Counted from the stretch's first letter, positions 23,957 to 33,044 are shown. The stretch is 34,102 bases of DNA from a bacterium (GCA_011046315.1 DSAU01000017.1:1-34102), one strand, 5' to 3'. The notes: a model not told the origin generated them from the sequence alone. Program-made: numbers and translations.

Positions 23957-25414
23957 CTATTTCAATCCCAGTTCTTTGCACATTCGATGATAATTCGGCG
24001 GCGCCAGCCCCAGCTTCCGGGCCGCTTCCGCATCGGATGAGGTATGATCCCGCACAAAGCTAAAATATTCCCGTCTTACTTTTTTCTCGATTTCACGCCA
24101 GGGTTCGATGCGTTGTGAATCCCACAGATCTAATCGGTTCTGGCTTTGATATGGATTAAGTCCCGTTTTTAGCCCCAAAGCCTTCTGGACATCGTTTTCA
24201 TCGAGGGTTTTTTTGCCGATAAAAAGCAGCCGTTGGATTACATTTTGAAGCTCCCGAACATTTCCATGCCAGGAGTAATTCACCAATGTAACCAATGCTT
24301 TATCATTCAAAGTCGGAGCTGCCCGATTCATGTCTTTGCTGAATAAATCCATGAAATATTCGATCAATAACGGGATATCTTCTTTTCTTTTTGACAATGG
24401 CTCGATATATAGCGAAACGACATTTATACGATAGTAGAGGTCTTCTCGGAATCGCTTTTCACGAACTTCCTGTTCGAGATTTTTATTGGTAGCAGCAATG
24501 ATCCTCACATCAACTTTTAATTTTTGAGTTCTGCCAATTTTGTCGATTTCTCCCTCCTGAAGAACGCGCAGCAAAGTGGATTGGGCATTAAGCGGTAATT
24601 CAGTAATTTCATCTAAAAAAATTGTGCCATGATTGGCAACTTCAAACAAGCCCAGCTTTTTCGATTCGGCGCCTGTAAAAGAACCCTTTTCAAAACCAAA
24701 TAATTCACTTTCAATCAAACTATCGGGCAAACTACCGCAATTGATAGGGACAAAATTTTCCAATTTTCGTCTTCCTGTATAATGAATATTTACAGCCACC
24801 AGCTCCTTGCCGGTACCCGAAGAACCAGCAATCAAAGTGTTGGCGTCGGTAGCTGCACACTGTCGAATCTGTTCCTGTAATTTTTGAATGGAAGGTGAGA
24901 CTCCAATGATCTGATGTTTCGATAAAATATCGTTGATATTATTTAATAACTTTTTGTTAGATCGCAACCTTTCTTCTTCCAGCTTTTTCTTTTCGAACGC
25001 ATTAAAAATGCTTAAAATAAAATCGGTAGGCTGGTAGATATAATCTTCGATATCACCCGGGTATTTAGTGCAATACCAGGTTGCGCCCGCTTCCAACAGG
25101 CTGTTGGCAAATTCATAATCGGTCATGTTAATGGTCATCTTGGTGACAACGATGATCTGCAGCGTGGGATTTATTGTTTTTATTTTGCGAATCAGGTTTT
25201 CGCCCATGATTCCGCCTGTGATCTGATAGTCCATAATAACGACATCAAAGGATTTGCTGCTTTGCTTCAACAAATTTAAGGCTATTTGACCATTGGAGAC
25301 AACCTCCTTAATTTGAATCCGATCCGAAAAGGGTTGAACGGTCTTTCGAATTCGCTGAACATCGAATTCTTCGTCCTCAATTAGCAAAACGTTTATTTTC
25401 TGGTTTGATAGCAT
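23957..25414 (-). CDS. sigma-54-dependent response regulator (NtrC family: REC + AAA+ sigma-54 activator + Fis-type HTH)
   Basis: REC domain: INVLLIEDEEFD..FDVVIMDYQITGG..IVVTK. Walker A is GSSGTGKE and Walker B is TIFLDEI. The sigma-54 contact loop is ESELFGFEKGSFTGA, a GAFTGA variant. The C-terminal HTH reads AARKLGLAPPNYHRMCKELGL. Confidence 0.9.
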   Translation of the reverse strand: MLSNQKINVLLIEDEEFDVQRIRKTVQPFSDRIQIKEVVSNGQIALNLLKQSSKSFDVVIMDYQITGGIMGENLIRKIKTINPTLQIIVVTKMTINMTDYEFANSLLEAGATWYCTKYPGDIEDYIYQPTDFILSIFNAFEKKKLEEERLRSNKKLLNNINDILSKHQIIGVSPSIQKLQEQIRQCAATDANTLIAGSSGTGKELVAVNIHYTGRRKLENFVPINCGSLPDSLIESELFGFEKGSFTGAESKKLGLFEVANHGTIFLDEITELPLNAQSTLLRVLQEGEIDKIGRTQKLKVDVRIIAATNKNLEQEVREKRFREDLYYRINVVSLYIEPLSKRKEDIPLLIEYFMDLFSKDMNRAAPTLNDKALVTLVNYSWHGNVRELQNVIQRLLFIGKKTLDENDVQKALGLKTGLNPYQSQNRLDLWDSQRIEPWREIEKKVRREYFSFVRDHTSSDAEAARKLGLAPPNYHRMCKELGLK

Positions 25415-25560
25415 AATACACCTATTTTATTGCCTTTAAAATAACGTGCTTCTGAATAATATGAAAACTGTAAATTTCAAATGAACCAATAGAAAATAAT
25501 AAATTTTTAAAACCAAAAATTTTAAATTCTTACTCCGATTAGTTAGCTTTAGAGTTTGGA

Positions 25561-27048
25561 TTAGTTATGTGGGATGGTAATTTTAAAACAACATCCCCTG
25601 TCCGGTAAATTCTCCACATCCATCTGCCAGCCGCAGCGTTGAGTGGCGATTTCGTAAGCGATATAGCATCCATATCCCGATCGCTGATTTTCATTTTTCG
25701 TGGAAATGTTTTCCAGAAATATCCGTTTGATACCCTGTTCATTTCTTTCCAATAAAGCAGGCAGAATTCCGGTTCCATTATCTGAAATAGAAATTACTGA
25801 AAGGGAGAATTCGCGATGATAGTGGCTTTTAATTTTTATGATGATATTGCTATCGCCTGCATGTTCGATACTGTTTTGAACAAGCGGGTCGATAATCTCC
25901 CATACTACAAATTCATTGACATTGACAATGGGCAAATTTTCATCCAAATCCAAATCAAAAGAGTACTGTTCCGATGTTGTAGAGGTTCTTAGAAAAATGT
26001 TATTAACAACAAAGCGAATTAACTCATTCAAATTTGTTTTAAACAGTGGATTTCTAATAGCGTGAATTGGTGGTTCAAACCATTTCATATCATAAATCAC
26101 ACGAGAGATGAAGTTGGCGTATTTATTCACACGATATTTAATCTCATCAATATTGTCTAACGAAAGCATGCCCAAATCTTCTTTTATAAATCCCATGACC
26201 TTTTCTGCTTTATGATGGGTGTGATAAATTCGTTTGGCAAACAAGACCTCTTTCTGAAGATTGATATGCTCTTTTAATTTTTTTTCTTGCTCCTCAAATA
26301 GCAATTTTTGCGCTTCATTTCGCTCACGAACGGTATAGGATGAGATATAAAACATCGCCAATAAGCCAAAGAAAATGAGCGCGGTAAAAATAAGGCTGGT
26401 TGCATTATAACCCGACATAATACTGCTGGTTACAAATCCAAACGCCGGTGTGATCTTCAGGTATACTGCTCCTGCATACTCACCTTTGGGTACAAACGGT
26501 ACAAAGACATGAAAGGTCTGCCCGCCTTCCAAAATGCTATAAATCTGTTCCGAAGTAATGATTTGTTTTTCTAACTGGTTGTACATGGCAATCGCGGTGC
26601 GATGAGACTGATTCGAAAACGGCAGGTCGTGTTGGTTTTCAAAAGTATGGGCGAAAAGCACCTGCCCGTTATCAATGGCGACAATTTCATCCCCATTATG
26701 GACGAGAATGCACACCTCCTGAACATGGTGCTGTAATAATTGCTGGCTGAGAATAATGTTAAAAGCCTGAATGATCTTACGGGCATCGCCATATTCCAGG
26801 TGGCGGCTTTTCAGGGTCGTTTCCAGAACCATTTCCAGAGAAGTGGCAGTTAAGTTCGCTAATCGTTCAGCAAAATCTCGCTGGTACCACTTTTGTGTCT
26901 CTATTAAAAACTTTTGCAACGATATTTTGTAGACGAATGAAACCAATACCTGAAAAAATATTAGTACGGCTAACAGGATGAGCAAATGTTTTAACTCAAA
27001 ATGGTAACGTTTTAGATTTTTAATAAATCGATTTTTTGGAGTGTTCAT
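25561..27048 (-). CDS. sensor histidine kinase, two TM helices flanking a ~175-aa extracytoplasmic domain, atypical H-box
   Basis: TM1 is about aa 21-40 and TM2 about aa 217-237. A coiled coil (EEQEKKLKEHINLQKEV) precedes the candidate H-box AKRIYHTHHKAEKVMGFIKEDL. The N-box is PLVQNSIEHA, G1 is SDNGTGI and G2 is SGYGCYIAYEI. Confidence 0.8.
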   Translation of the reverse strand: MNTPKNRFIKNLKRYHFELKHLLILLAVLIFFQVLVSFVYKISLQKFLIETQKWYQRDFAERLANLTATSLEMVLETTLKSRHLEYGDARKIIQAFNIILSQQLLQHHVQEVCILVHNGDEIVAIDNGQVLFAHTFENQHDLPFSNQSHRTAIAMYNQLEKQIITSEQIYSILEGGQTFHVFVPFVPKGEYAGAVYLKITPAFGFVTSSIMSGYNATSLIFTALIFFGLLAMFYISSYTVRERNEAQKLLFEEQEKKLKEHINLQKEVLFAKRIYHTHHKAEKVMGFIKEDLGMLSLDNIDEIKYRVNKYANFISRVIYDMKWFEPPIHAIRNPLFKTNLNELIRFVVNNIFLRTSTTSEQYSFDLDLDENLPIVNVNEFVVWEIIDPLVQNSIEHAGDSNIIIKIKSHYHREFSLSVISISDNGTGILPALLERNEQGIKRIFLENISTKNENQRSGYGCYIAYEIATQRCGWQMDVENLPDRGCCFKITIPHN

Positions 27049-27134
27049 TTTGCCAGACCCTTATTGGTACTAAATTAAGCCGTTCGTATTGAAAGAAGTT
27101 TTTCTTTGACAACTTTAATTACAAAATTGTTGCA

Positions 27135-27163
27135 AACATATTTTTCTTGCAGAACTTGTGCAA
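27135..27163 (-). promoter_or_regulatory. candidate sigma-70 promoter for the kinase/regulator genes (TTGCAC-17 nt-TATGTT)
   Basis: Minus strand reads tTTGCACaagttctgcaagaaaaaTATGTTtgc, about 90 nt upstream of ATG 27048. This is a motif match only. Confidence 0.25.
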
Positions 27164-27202
27164 ATAAAATTATTTGATTATACAGATGTTTCAGCTACCC
27201 CC

Positions 27203-27285
27203 GTCATTGCGAGGCATTTTTTAGCCGAAGCAATCTTTTTTAAAGTCAGGAGATTTCCACGCTCCCTGCGGTCGCTCGCAGTGAC
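27203..27285. repeat. two inverted copies of the GTCAYTGCGAG...AATCTC palindromic repeat family
   Basis: Copy A is at 27203..27236: GTCATTGCGAGGCATTTTTTAGCCGAAGCAATCT. Copy B is at 27250..27285, which in reverse complement reads GTCACTGCGAGCGACCGCAGGGAGCGTGGAAATCTC. The pair is flanked by 8-bp direct repeats TTATACAG (27178..27185 and 27294..27301). Confidence 0.6.
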
Positions 27286-27359
27286 GATGTGGTTTATACA
27301 GCAAAAGTGAATAGCTGAGTTGTTTGCATAATCAGTGAAAATTGTGAGCACTATAAATT

Positions 27360-28679
27360 CTATTCGATGAGCACCTGTTTCGATTGGATCAAGCTGGAGG
27401 CCTGCTCTAATGCATTTGAGACCGATTGCTGTTTTTTTATGGCTAAATGCAATTGATATGAGAGGATATCCGAAATTTTTGTATAATCCACCATATAAGG
27501 GCGATGGATACCCCTCTCCATTAAACCACGATAAAATTTGAGATCTGGTTCTTGATCTAAAAATAATGTGTCCTGATAAATCGAATTAATTATTGGTAAA
27601 TAGCCGCCCTGTTGAAACATCATTTTTTGATTTTCGGACAATTGGGTGAATTTAATGAATTTCATGGCCTCATCCTTTTTGCTCGAATGTTTCGAAATCA
27701 TCAAATTCCAACCGCCGAAAACGAATGCTGGTTGTCCCCCTTTAAAATGAGGAAGCGGGGCCATTTTTAAAAACTGGAACTTGCTGGTATCTTCCATTTC
27801 TGTTCGATAGTGGCGCAGAAATCCGGGCCAACCTCTCAAAAAAATACCATCATATTTTAGCGCATGAAGATAACACTGAAACTCATCGTATTTTGTGACG
27901 ATTTCTGGTGTCATCTGGTATTTATGGATCAGATCAACCAATAATTGCAATGATTTTTTACCAGCGGTTGTATTTAATCGCTGCGATTGGCTGTCAAATA
28001 AACTCTGGTTTTGACTGGCTATTCCCTCAACAAAACTGCAAATCAAGCCCTCATAATTGTCGGCGGCAAAAAGATAAAACGGATTGTTCTGGTGAGAAAA
28101 TCTTCGGCTTAAGTTGATGAATTCTTGCCAGGTAATGGATGCTTTCAATTTTTGCTCAATTTCCGCGCCATCGGGCAATGAACTAATAATGTCCTGGCGA
28201 TAATACATCACTCCGATATCAGTATAAAATGGAATTGCCATCAACCGATTTTCATAATAGCAGGATTGTAATGGATATTTCAAGAGTTTATCCCGATCTT
28301 GCTGGGAGAAATAATCATCGAGTGGATGTGACCATCTGGTGAAACGAGGTACCCAAATGATATCAACCGAAAAAACATCAATTCGACTGCTGTTGCTGCG
28401 AAGCGTTCGAGCCAACAGTTCTTTTCGCTCGTTGGTGCTGAATTTGGCGAAAGGAAGATTGATTGGTACAACTTCTATCTTGCCCCGATACTCATTATTA
28501 AAACGATCGATAAGTTGCTGGTGAGCAACTGAAATATTATCAGCAAAATAAACCTTTGTTAAATGATTTTCATTTTGATTATAACCGCCGTTCGGCGTAA
28601 TCATATACGTAACCAGAGCGACAAACGTAAGAATCACCGCCCCGATTAACAGATTTGAACCTTTGAATAGCTCTTTCAT
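27360..28679 (-). CDS. extracellular solute-binding protein (ABC family-1 sugar-binding type), membrane-anchored, with no cognate permease/ATPase in the window
   Basis: 439 aa with an N-terminal TM anchor (LLIGAVILTFVALVTYMI). The SBP-like layout includes KVYFADNISVAHQQLIDRFNNEY..KIEVVPIN, RIDVFSVDIIWVPRF, AIPFYTDIGVMYYRQD and GGWNLMISKHS. It is followed directly by the kinase and regulator genes. Confidence 0.7.
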   Translation of the reverse strand: MKELFKGSNLLIGAVILTFVALVTYMITPNGGYNQNENHLTKVYFADNISVAHQQLIDRFNNEYRGKIEVVPINLPFAKFSTNERKELLARTLRSNSSRIDVFSVDIIWVPRFTRWSHPLDDYFSQQDRDKLLKYPLQSCYYENRLMAIPFYTDIGVMYYRQDIISSLPDGAEIEQKLKASITWQEFINLSRRFSHQNNPFYLFAADNYEGLICSFVEGIASQNQSLFDSQSQRLNTTAGKKSLQLLVDLIHKYQMTPEIVTKYDEFQCYLHALKYDGIFLRGWPGFLRHYRTEMEDTSKFQFLKMAPLPHFKGGQPAFVFGGWNLMISKHSSKKDEAMKFIKFTQLSENQKMMFQQGGYLPIINSIYQDTLFLDQEPDLKFYRGLMERGIHRPYMVDYTKISDILSYQLHLAIKKQQSVSNALEQASSLIQSKQVLIE

Positions 28680-28712
28680 ATTTTTAATCTAATCCTGATA
28701 AGTCATCAGCCG

Positions 28713-28735
28713 ATACTCGTGAGCCTGCCGAGTAT
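28713..28735 (-). other. hairpin ATACTCG-N9-CGAGTAT between the Fe-S oxidoreductase gene and the SBP gene
   Basis: It has a 7-bp stem and 9-nt loop in the 85-bp spacer, with no U-tract. It may mark the boundary between the Etf module and the sensory module. Confidence 0.3.
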
Positions 28736-28764
28736 TCGCACGATTAATTCCCATCGATAAAAGG

Positions 28765-30765
28765 TTAACTGGATAGATTTTTTTCGACCAACTCGATAAT
28801 ATCCAAAGCGTCAATGCTATCAATCGCGTCTTTATCCTTCAACCCATCCGTGATCATAGTCAAACAATAGGGACAGGCCGAGGCAACAGTTTTCACCTGG
28901 CAGGAGATGATTTCCTCGGTTCGCAGATGGTTTATACGCTGTCCCAAATTTTCTTCAAGCCACATTCTGCCGCCGCCGGCGCCACAGCAAAAGCTTTGCT
29001 CTCTATTTCGTTTTAATTCGATCAGGCCGTTGCCAGAAATTGCTTTAAGCACCTGCCGTGGTTGTTCATAAATGTTGGAATACCTGCCGAGATAACAGGA
29101 ATCATGGAAGGTTATTTTTGGGGAATTGTTCGGTTTAATTTTCAGCTTTCCGGTCTGGATCAACTCCGCCAACAACTGGGTACTATGAACAACCTCAAAA
29201 TTTCCCTTAAATTGGGGATATTCATATTTTAAAGTATTAAAACAGTGAGGACAGAAGGTGATTATTTTTTTAACGCCGAGTTCATTGAACATTTCCACGT
29301 TCATTTCCATCAAGGTTTGCGCCAGATATTCGTTTCCCAACCGTCGGGCGGTTTCACCGCAGCATTTTTCTTCAGCTCCCAAAATGGCAACGTCCAATCC
29401 AACGCTGTTCAGTAATCGCGTAAAAGATTGAGAGACCTTTTTTATCCGGTCATCAAACGAACCAGCGCAACCGACAAACCAGAGGTATTCAGCTTGCTGC
29501 CCCTGATCCAATCGCTTAATGTTCAGCCCCTCTGACCAATCCGCTCGTGAAGAAAAACCAATGCCCCATGGATTGAAATTATTTTCCATTCCTTTAAAAG
29601 TCTGATTTAATTCATTCGGAAAATCGCCATCCATCAAAACCCGGTCGCGGCGTAATTCGACAATTTTGTCGATCTGTTCAATAAAAACCGGACAGGCTTC
29701 AACACAGGCAGCACAGGTGGTGCAGGCCCAGATTTCATCCGCCTGGACTGCACTGCCAACCAGCGGTGCTTCGCCTTCAAGTGATTCGCCCTTGATCAAC
29801 TGCGAAGACTTTTTATTTAAATTATCCAACAGATCCAAAATCACTTTTTTCGGGGACAATGGTTTATCGCTGTTAAAAGCCGGACACTGGTCCTGACAAC
29901 GTCCACAACTGGTGCAGGCGTCCAGATCAAGCAACTGTTTCCAGCTAAAGTCATTGATCTTTCCTGCGCCAAAGGTTTCAGCATGTTCAATATCGATGGC
30001 TGACAATTCTCCCATCGGTTTCTGAGAGCGCAAATAGATATTGGTAGCCGATGTAAAAATATGGCGCAATCGCGATGAATAAGGGATGTATGCTATAAAT
30101 CCCAGCGCAGTCAACATGTGGATCCACCACAGCCATTGATACCATCCGAGCGTTCCAGTCGGGAAAAAATCCGACAGCGCCATTCCAACCGGAGACCAAA
30201 TTTCCCAGCTGGGTTTGGGAATAGTCGCAGCGATCCGTGCTCCCTCCACCATAAAACCAGTCACTAAAATGAATAAAATCCAGATAAGCGCCAAACTCTG
30301 GTCTGCGCTCTGATTCAATCCTTGCGGTCGCTGCACAAACCGCCGGAACATGGCGATTAAAATGCCAATGACAGCTAAAACGCCGGCGATATCCAATATC
30401 AGCGAAAATATTTTGTAAAAATCGCCGACTAAAAAAGAACTCTGGCCCAACAACAGATGCCAGATATCATAATCAAAACTGACAGTGACAGTGCCGAGAA
30501 ACAAAATTGCAAAGCCGATAAAAATCAGCGCATGCATTATTCCGGGATATTTCTCTTTGAGAATCCGCGCGTGGCCAAATGCAAAGATCAACAGCAATTT
30601 CAATCGCTGTCCGAAACTCCCCGTTATCTGTTGCGACTTGCCTAACTTCCAAATCCTGATCCGGCGATAAAAGCCATAAACGAACAATCCAACAGCAACG
30701 ATCGCTAATGGATACAGCAAAAAATGATAGGAAATATTCCAAAAAACTTCTCTTGAAGCTTGCAT
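28765..30765 (-). CDS. membrane-bound Fe-S oxidoreductase (NarI-like heme-b membrane domain + 2x[4Fe-4S] + two CCG domains; HdrD/GlpC/DUF224-type), candidate Etf:menaquinone oxidoreductase
   Basis: About 5-6 N-terminal TM helices carry conserved His (GHARIL, IMHALIF, WWIHMLTA). The ferredoxin motifs are CTSCGRCQDQCP and CTTCAACVEACP. The cysteine-rich CCG-type motifs are FVGCAGSFD..EKCCGE and FHDSCYLGR..FCCGAGGG. It lies immediately downstream of etfBA. Confidence 0.75.
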   Translation of the reverse strand: MQASREVFWNISYHFLLYPLAIVAVGLFVYGFYRRIRIWKLGKSQQITGSFGQRLKLLLIFAFGHARILKEKYPGIMHALIFIGFAILFLGTVTVSFDYDIWHLLLGQSSFLVGDFYKIFSLILDIAGVLAVIGILIAMFRRFVQRPQGLNQSADQSLALIWILFILVTGFMVEGARIAATIPKPSWEIWSPVGMALSDFFPTGTLGWYQWLWWIHMLTALGFIAYIPYSSRLRHIFTSATNIYLRSQKPMGELSAIDIEHAETFGAGKINDFSWKQLLDLDACTSCGRCQDQCPAFNSDKPLSPKKVILDLLDNLNKKSSQLIKGESLEGEAPLVGSAVQADEIWACTTCAACVEACPVFIEQIDKIVELRRDRVLMDGDFPNELNQTFKGMENNFNPWGIGFSSRADWSEGLNIKRLDQGQQAEYLWFVGCAGSFDDRIKKVSQSFTRLLNSVGLDVAILGAEEKCCGETARRLGNEYLAQTLMEMNVEMFNELGVKKIITFCPHCFNTLKYEYPQFKGNFEVVHSTQLLAELIQTGKLKIKPNNSPKITFHDSCYLGRYSNIYEQPRQVLKAISGNGLIELKRNREQSFCCGAGGGRMWLEENLGQRINHLRTEEIISCQVKTVASACPYCLTMITDGLKDKDAIDSIDALDIIELVEKNLSS

Positions 30766-30916
30766 CGGAATCCCCTTTCAGAAAAACAATAGTGCATTCA
30801 CATTATTTATTAAGGCGAATGACCAATAAAATCAATCCGTTGTTGAACAAACAACCTCAGCCATTCAGCGCAAAACGTGACCGGTCATTCTTGTAACCGA
30901 AATAACTTGTTAAAAA

Positions 30917-31900
30917 TTATTCAACCACTTTTTTCAGTTCATCAGTGAGTTTGGGAACGACCTCGAACAAATCGCCAACAATCCCATAATCAGCGCGCTG
31001 AAAAATTGGAGCATCCGGGTCCTTATTAATGGCGACAATACATTTTGAAGAAGACATTCCGGCAAGGTGTTGAATCGCGCCGGAGATGCCACAGGCAATA
31101 TAAATATCCGGCGCCACCGTCTTACCGGTTTGCCCCACCTGGTCGGCATGTTGCCGCCACCCGGAATCCACCGCCGATCGGGACGCGCCGACTGCTCCCT
31201 TCAAAACAGCCGCTAATTTTTCGAGAATTTTAAACTGGTCCGGTCCTTTCATGCCCCGTCCGCCGGCTACGATCACATTCGCCTCGGAAATATCAATCTT
31301 TTCGCCCGCGCCGGAGATCAATTCCTTAACCACGGCTTTCAAATCTGTTTGGCTGATATCAACTTTAAGCGGTTCAACCGTGGCCTTTCTGGATGTATCA
31401 GGTTGGGCAGCAGGAAAAATATTGGGGCGCAGCGATGCAATACCAAGCGTGGAGTTGAATTGGACATCAGCCAGTATTTTGTTGGCGTACATGGTGCGCT
31501 TTGCCAGCACTCGACCATTGTCAACTGCTAATGCAATACAATCCGCCGCCAATCCGCAATCAAGACGAGCCGCCAGTCGCGGTGCCAGATCTTTTCCCAT
31601 TGATGAAGCGGGAATTAAAACTATCTCCGGATCAACTTGTTGAATGGCTTTTAAAATTGTCTTGGTATAACCTTCAGCTGAATAATTGATAAAAATATCG
31701 CTATCCGCAACCAGCGCCCGATCGGCGCCGTAATGTCCGGCGGTCTCGGCAAGCGCTTCAACTCCGGATCCCACAATGATGGCAACCACCGGGCTTCCAA
31801 GTGAATCGGCAATACGTCGTCCCTCGCTGAGAGCTTCAAAACTCACCTTGCGAAACAAACCATCGCGTTGTTCGGTCACAACAAATACGGGTTTTGACAT
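30917..31900 (-). CDS. etfA: electron transfer flavoprotein alpha subunit
   Basis: 327 aa. Motifs seen: VVAGGRGM, VGASRSAVDSGW, GQTGKTVAPDIYIACGISGAIQHLAGM. GGAGG SD upstream. Confidence 0.92.
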   Translation of the reverse strand: MSKPVFVVTEQRDGLFRKVSFEALSEGRRIADSLGSPVVAIIVGSGVEALAETAGHYGADRALVADSDIFINYSAEGYTKTILKAIQQVDPEIVLIPASSMGKDLAPRLAARLDCGLAADCIALAVDNGRVLAKRTMYANKILADVQFNSTLGIASLRPNIFPAAQPDTSRKATVEPLKVDISQTDLKAVVKELISGAGEKIDISEANVIVAGGRGMKGPDQFKILEKLAAVLKGAVGASRSAVDSGWRQHADQVGQTGKTVAPDIYIACGISGAIQHLAGMSSSKCIVAINKDPDAPIFQRADYGIVGDLFEVVPKLTDELKKVVE

Positions 31901-31959
31901 AAAATCCTCCAGAAATTTATCTTCAGAAAGAGTGTGATCACACCTTCAGTTCATTGGTT

Positions 31960-32715
31960 TTATATTACTTTTGCCTCTTCTTTGAGCAATTTTACCAATT
32001 CAGGCACAGCCTCTGCGCCTTCTCCTACTATTTTACCACCCTTCCGGGTAGGTGGGTATTCAACTGAAACAACATCGATCTTTGGCTCAATGTATTGCAA
32101 TTGTCTTTCATCAATCGGCTTGCGCTTCGCCATCATGATGCCTCGCAATGCGGGATAGCGCGGTTCATTCAATCCTTTTTCCGCTGTCAATACCGCTGGT
32201 AGCGATGTCTCAATGACCATGGTCCCACCTTCGATCTCTCTTTTTGCGGTGGCTTTGCCATTTTCCAACTTCAGATCCGCAATAAAAGTAACACATGGCA
32301 GCTCGAGCAATTCAGCCACCATCGGACCGACTTGTAAATTATCATCATCAACCGCTTGTTTACCGCATAAAATCAAATCAAACTCCAGCTCTTTAATCAC
32401 TGATACCAGAGCCTTGGCAACCGCCAGCGAATCGAGATAAGCATCATCATCAGTTTTCACCAAAATTGCTTCGTCAGCGCCCATGGCAACGGCGGTTCGA
32501 AGGGCTGAGACCGAACGCTCCGGTCCCACGCTGATGACGGTCACGATGGTATCGCCTTGCTTTTCTTTGATCTGAATCGCTTCTTCAACTGCGTACTCGT
32601 CATAGGGATTTAAAATCCAGTTGATGTCAGTGGCGTCGATCGACTTTTTATCGGAACCGATCTTGATTCGAGTCTCCGTATCCGGAACTTGTTTGACGCA
32701 AACCAAAATTTTCAT
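31960..32715 (-). CDS. etfB: electron transfer flavoprotein beta subunit
   Basis: 251 aa with the MKILVCVKQVPDTETRIKI start typical of EtfB, plus LILCGKQAVDDDNLQVGPMVAELL. AAGGAG SD upstream. Confidence 0.92.
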   Translation of the reverse strand: MKILVCVKQVPDTETRIKIGSDKKSIDATDINWILNPYDEYAVEEAIQIKEKQGDTIVTVISVGPERSVSALRTAVAMGADEAILVKTDDDAYLDSLAVAKALVSVIKELEFDLILCGKQAVDDDNLQVGPMVAELLELPCVTFIADLKLENGKATAKREIEGGTMVIETSLPAVLTAEKGLNEPRYPALRGIMMAKRKPIDERQLQYIEPKIDVVSVEYPPTRKGGKIVGEGAEAVPELVKLLKEEAKVI

Positions 32716-33002
32716 AAAATTCTCCTTGTCAATAAATTTATAAAACGTTTATTTTCAGCCTGTGATGGTAATTGCGATACAAACTTGATAATGGCTGCCA
32801 GTTGTTTCGAATTATTTGAATTTCAATAACTTCTCCAAATCCACCAAAGAAATCGAACCCCGATTTGAACTGAGTTAATTCAATATGCAATGGAAAAGCA
32901 ATGACAAAATCGGCAGCGCCGTTTATTAATTTTTTTATATCCCTGTAAAATTAAAAATGCGGTCAGGCGAAACACCTATTCCGCTGAACTGGCGATGGAT
33001 TA

Positions 33003-33030
33003 AATATAAAAGATTAATTAACAATGTCAA
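33003..33030 (-). promoter_or_regulatory. second copy of the same promoter architecture (TTGACATTG-N13-TATATTTA), facing etfB
   Basis: Minus strand reads gTTGACATTGttaattaatctttTATATTTAatcc. The -35 is at 33030..33025 and the -10 at 33008..33003, with the same 16-nt spacer as the TetR promoter. It lies about 290 nt upstream of the etfB ATG. Confidence 0.45.
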
Positions 33031-33044
33031 CTTTTTTTTTATAA

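Noticed and set aside
25539-25778. 79-aa ORF overlapping the 3' end of the kinase gene
   Set aside because: It is out of frame with the HATPase_c G1/G2 boxes encoded in the same nucleotides, and it has no RBS.
28738-28753. GG-N10-GC match (GGGAAT-N5-GTGC on the minus strand) upstream of the SBP gene as a sigma-54 promoter
   Set aside because: Only the GG/GC spacing fits. The flanking consensus positions (TGGCAC, TTGCW) are mostly mismatched. This is no better than chance.
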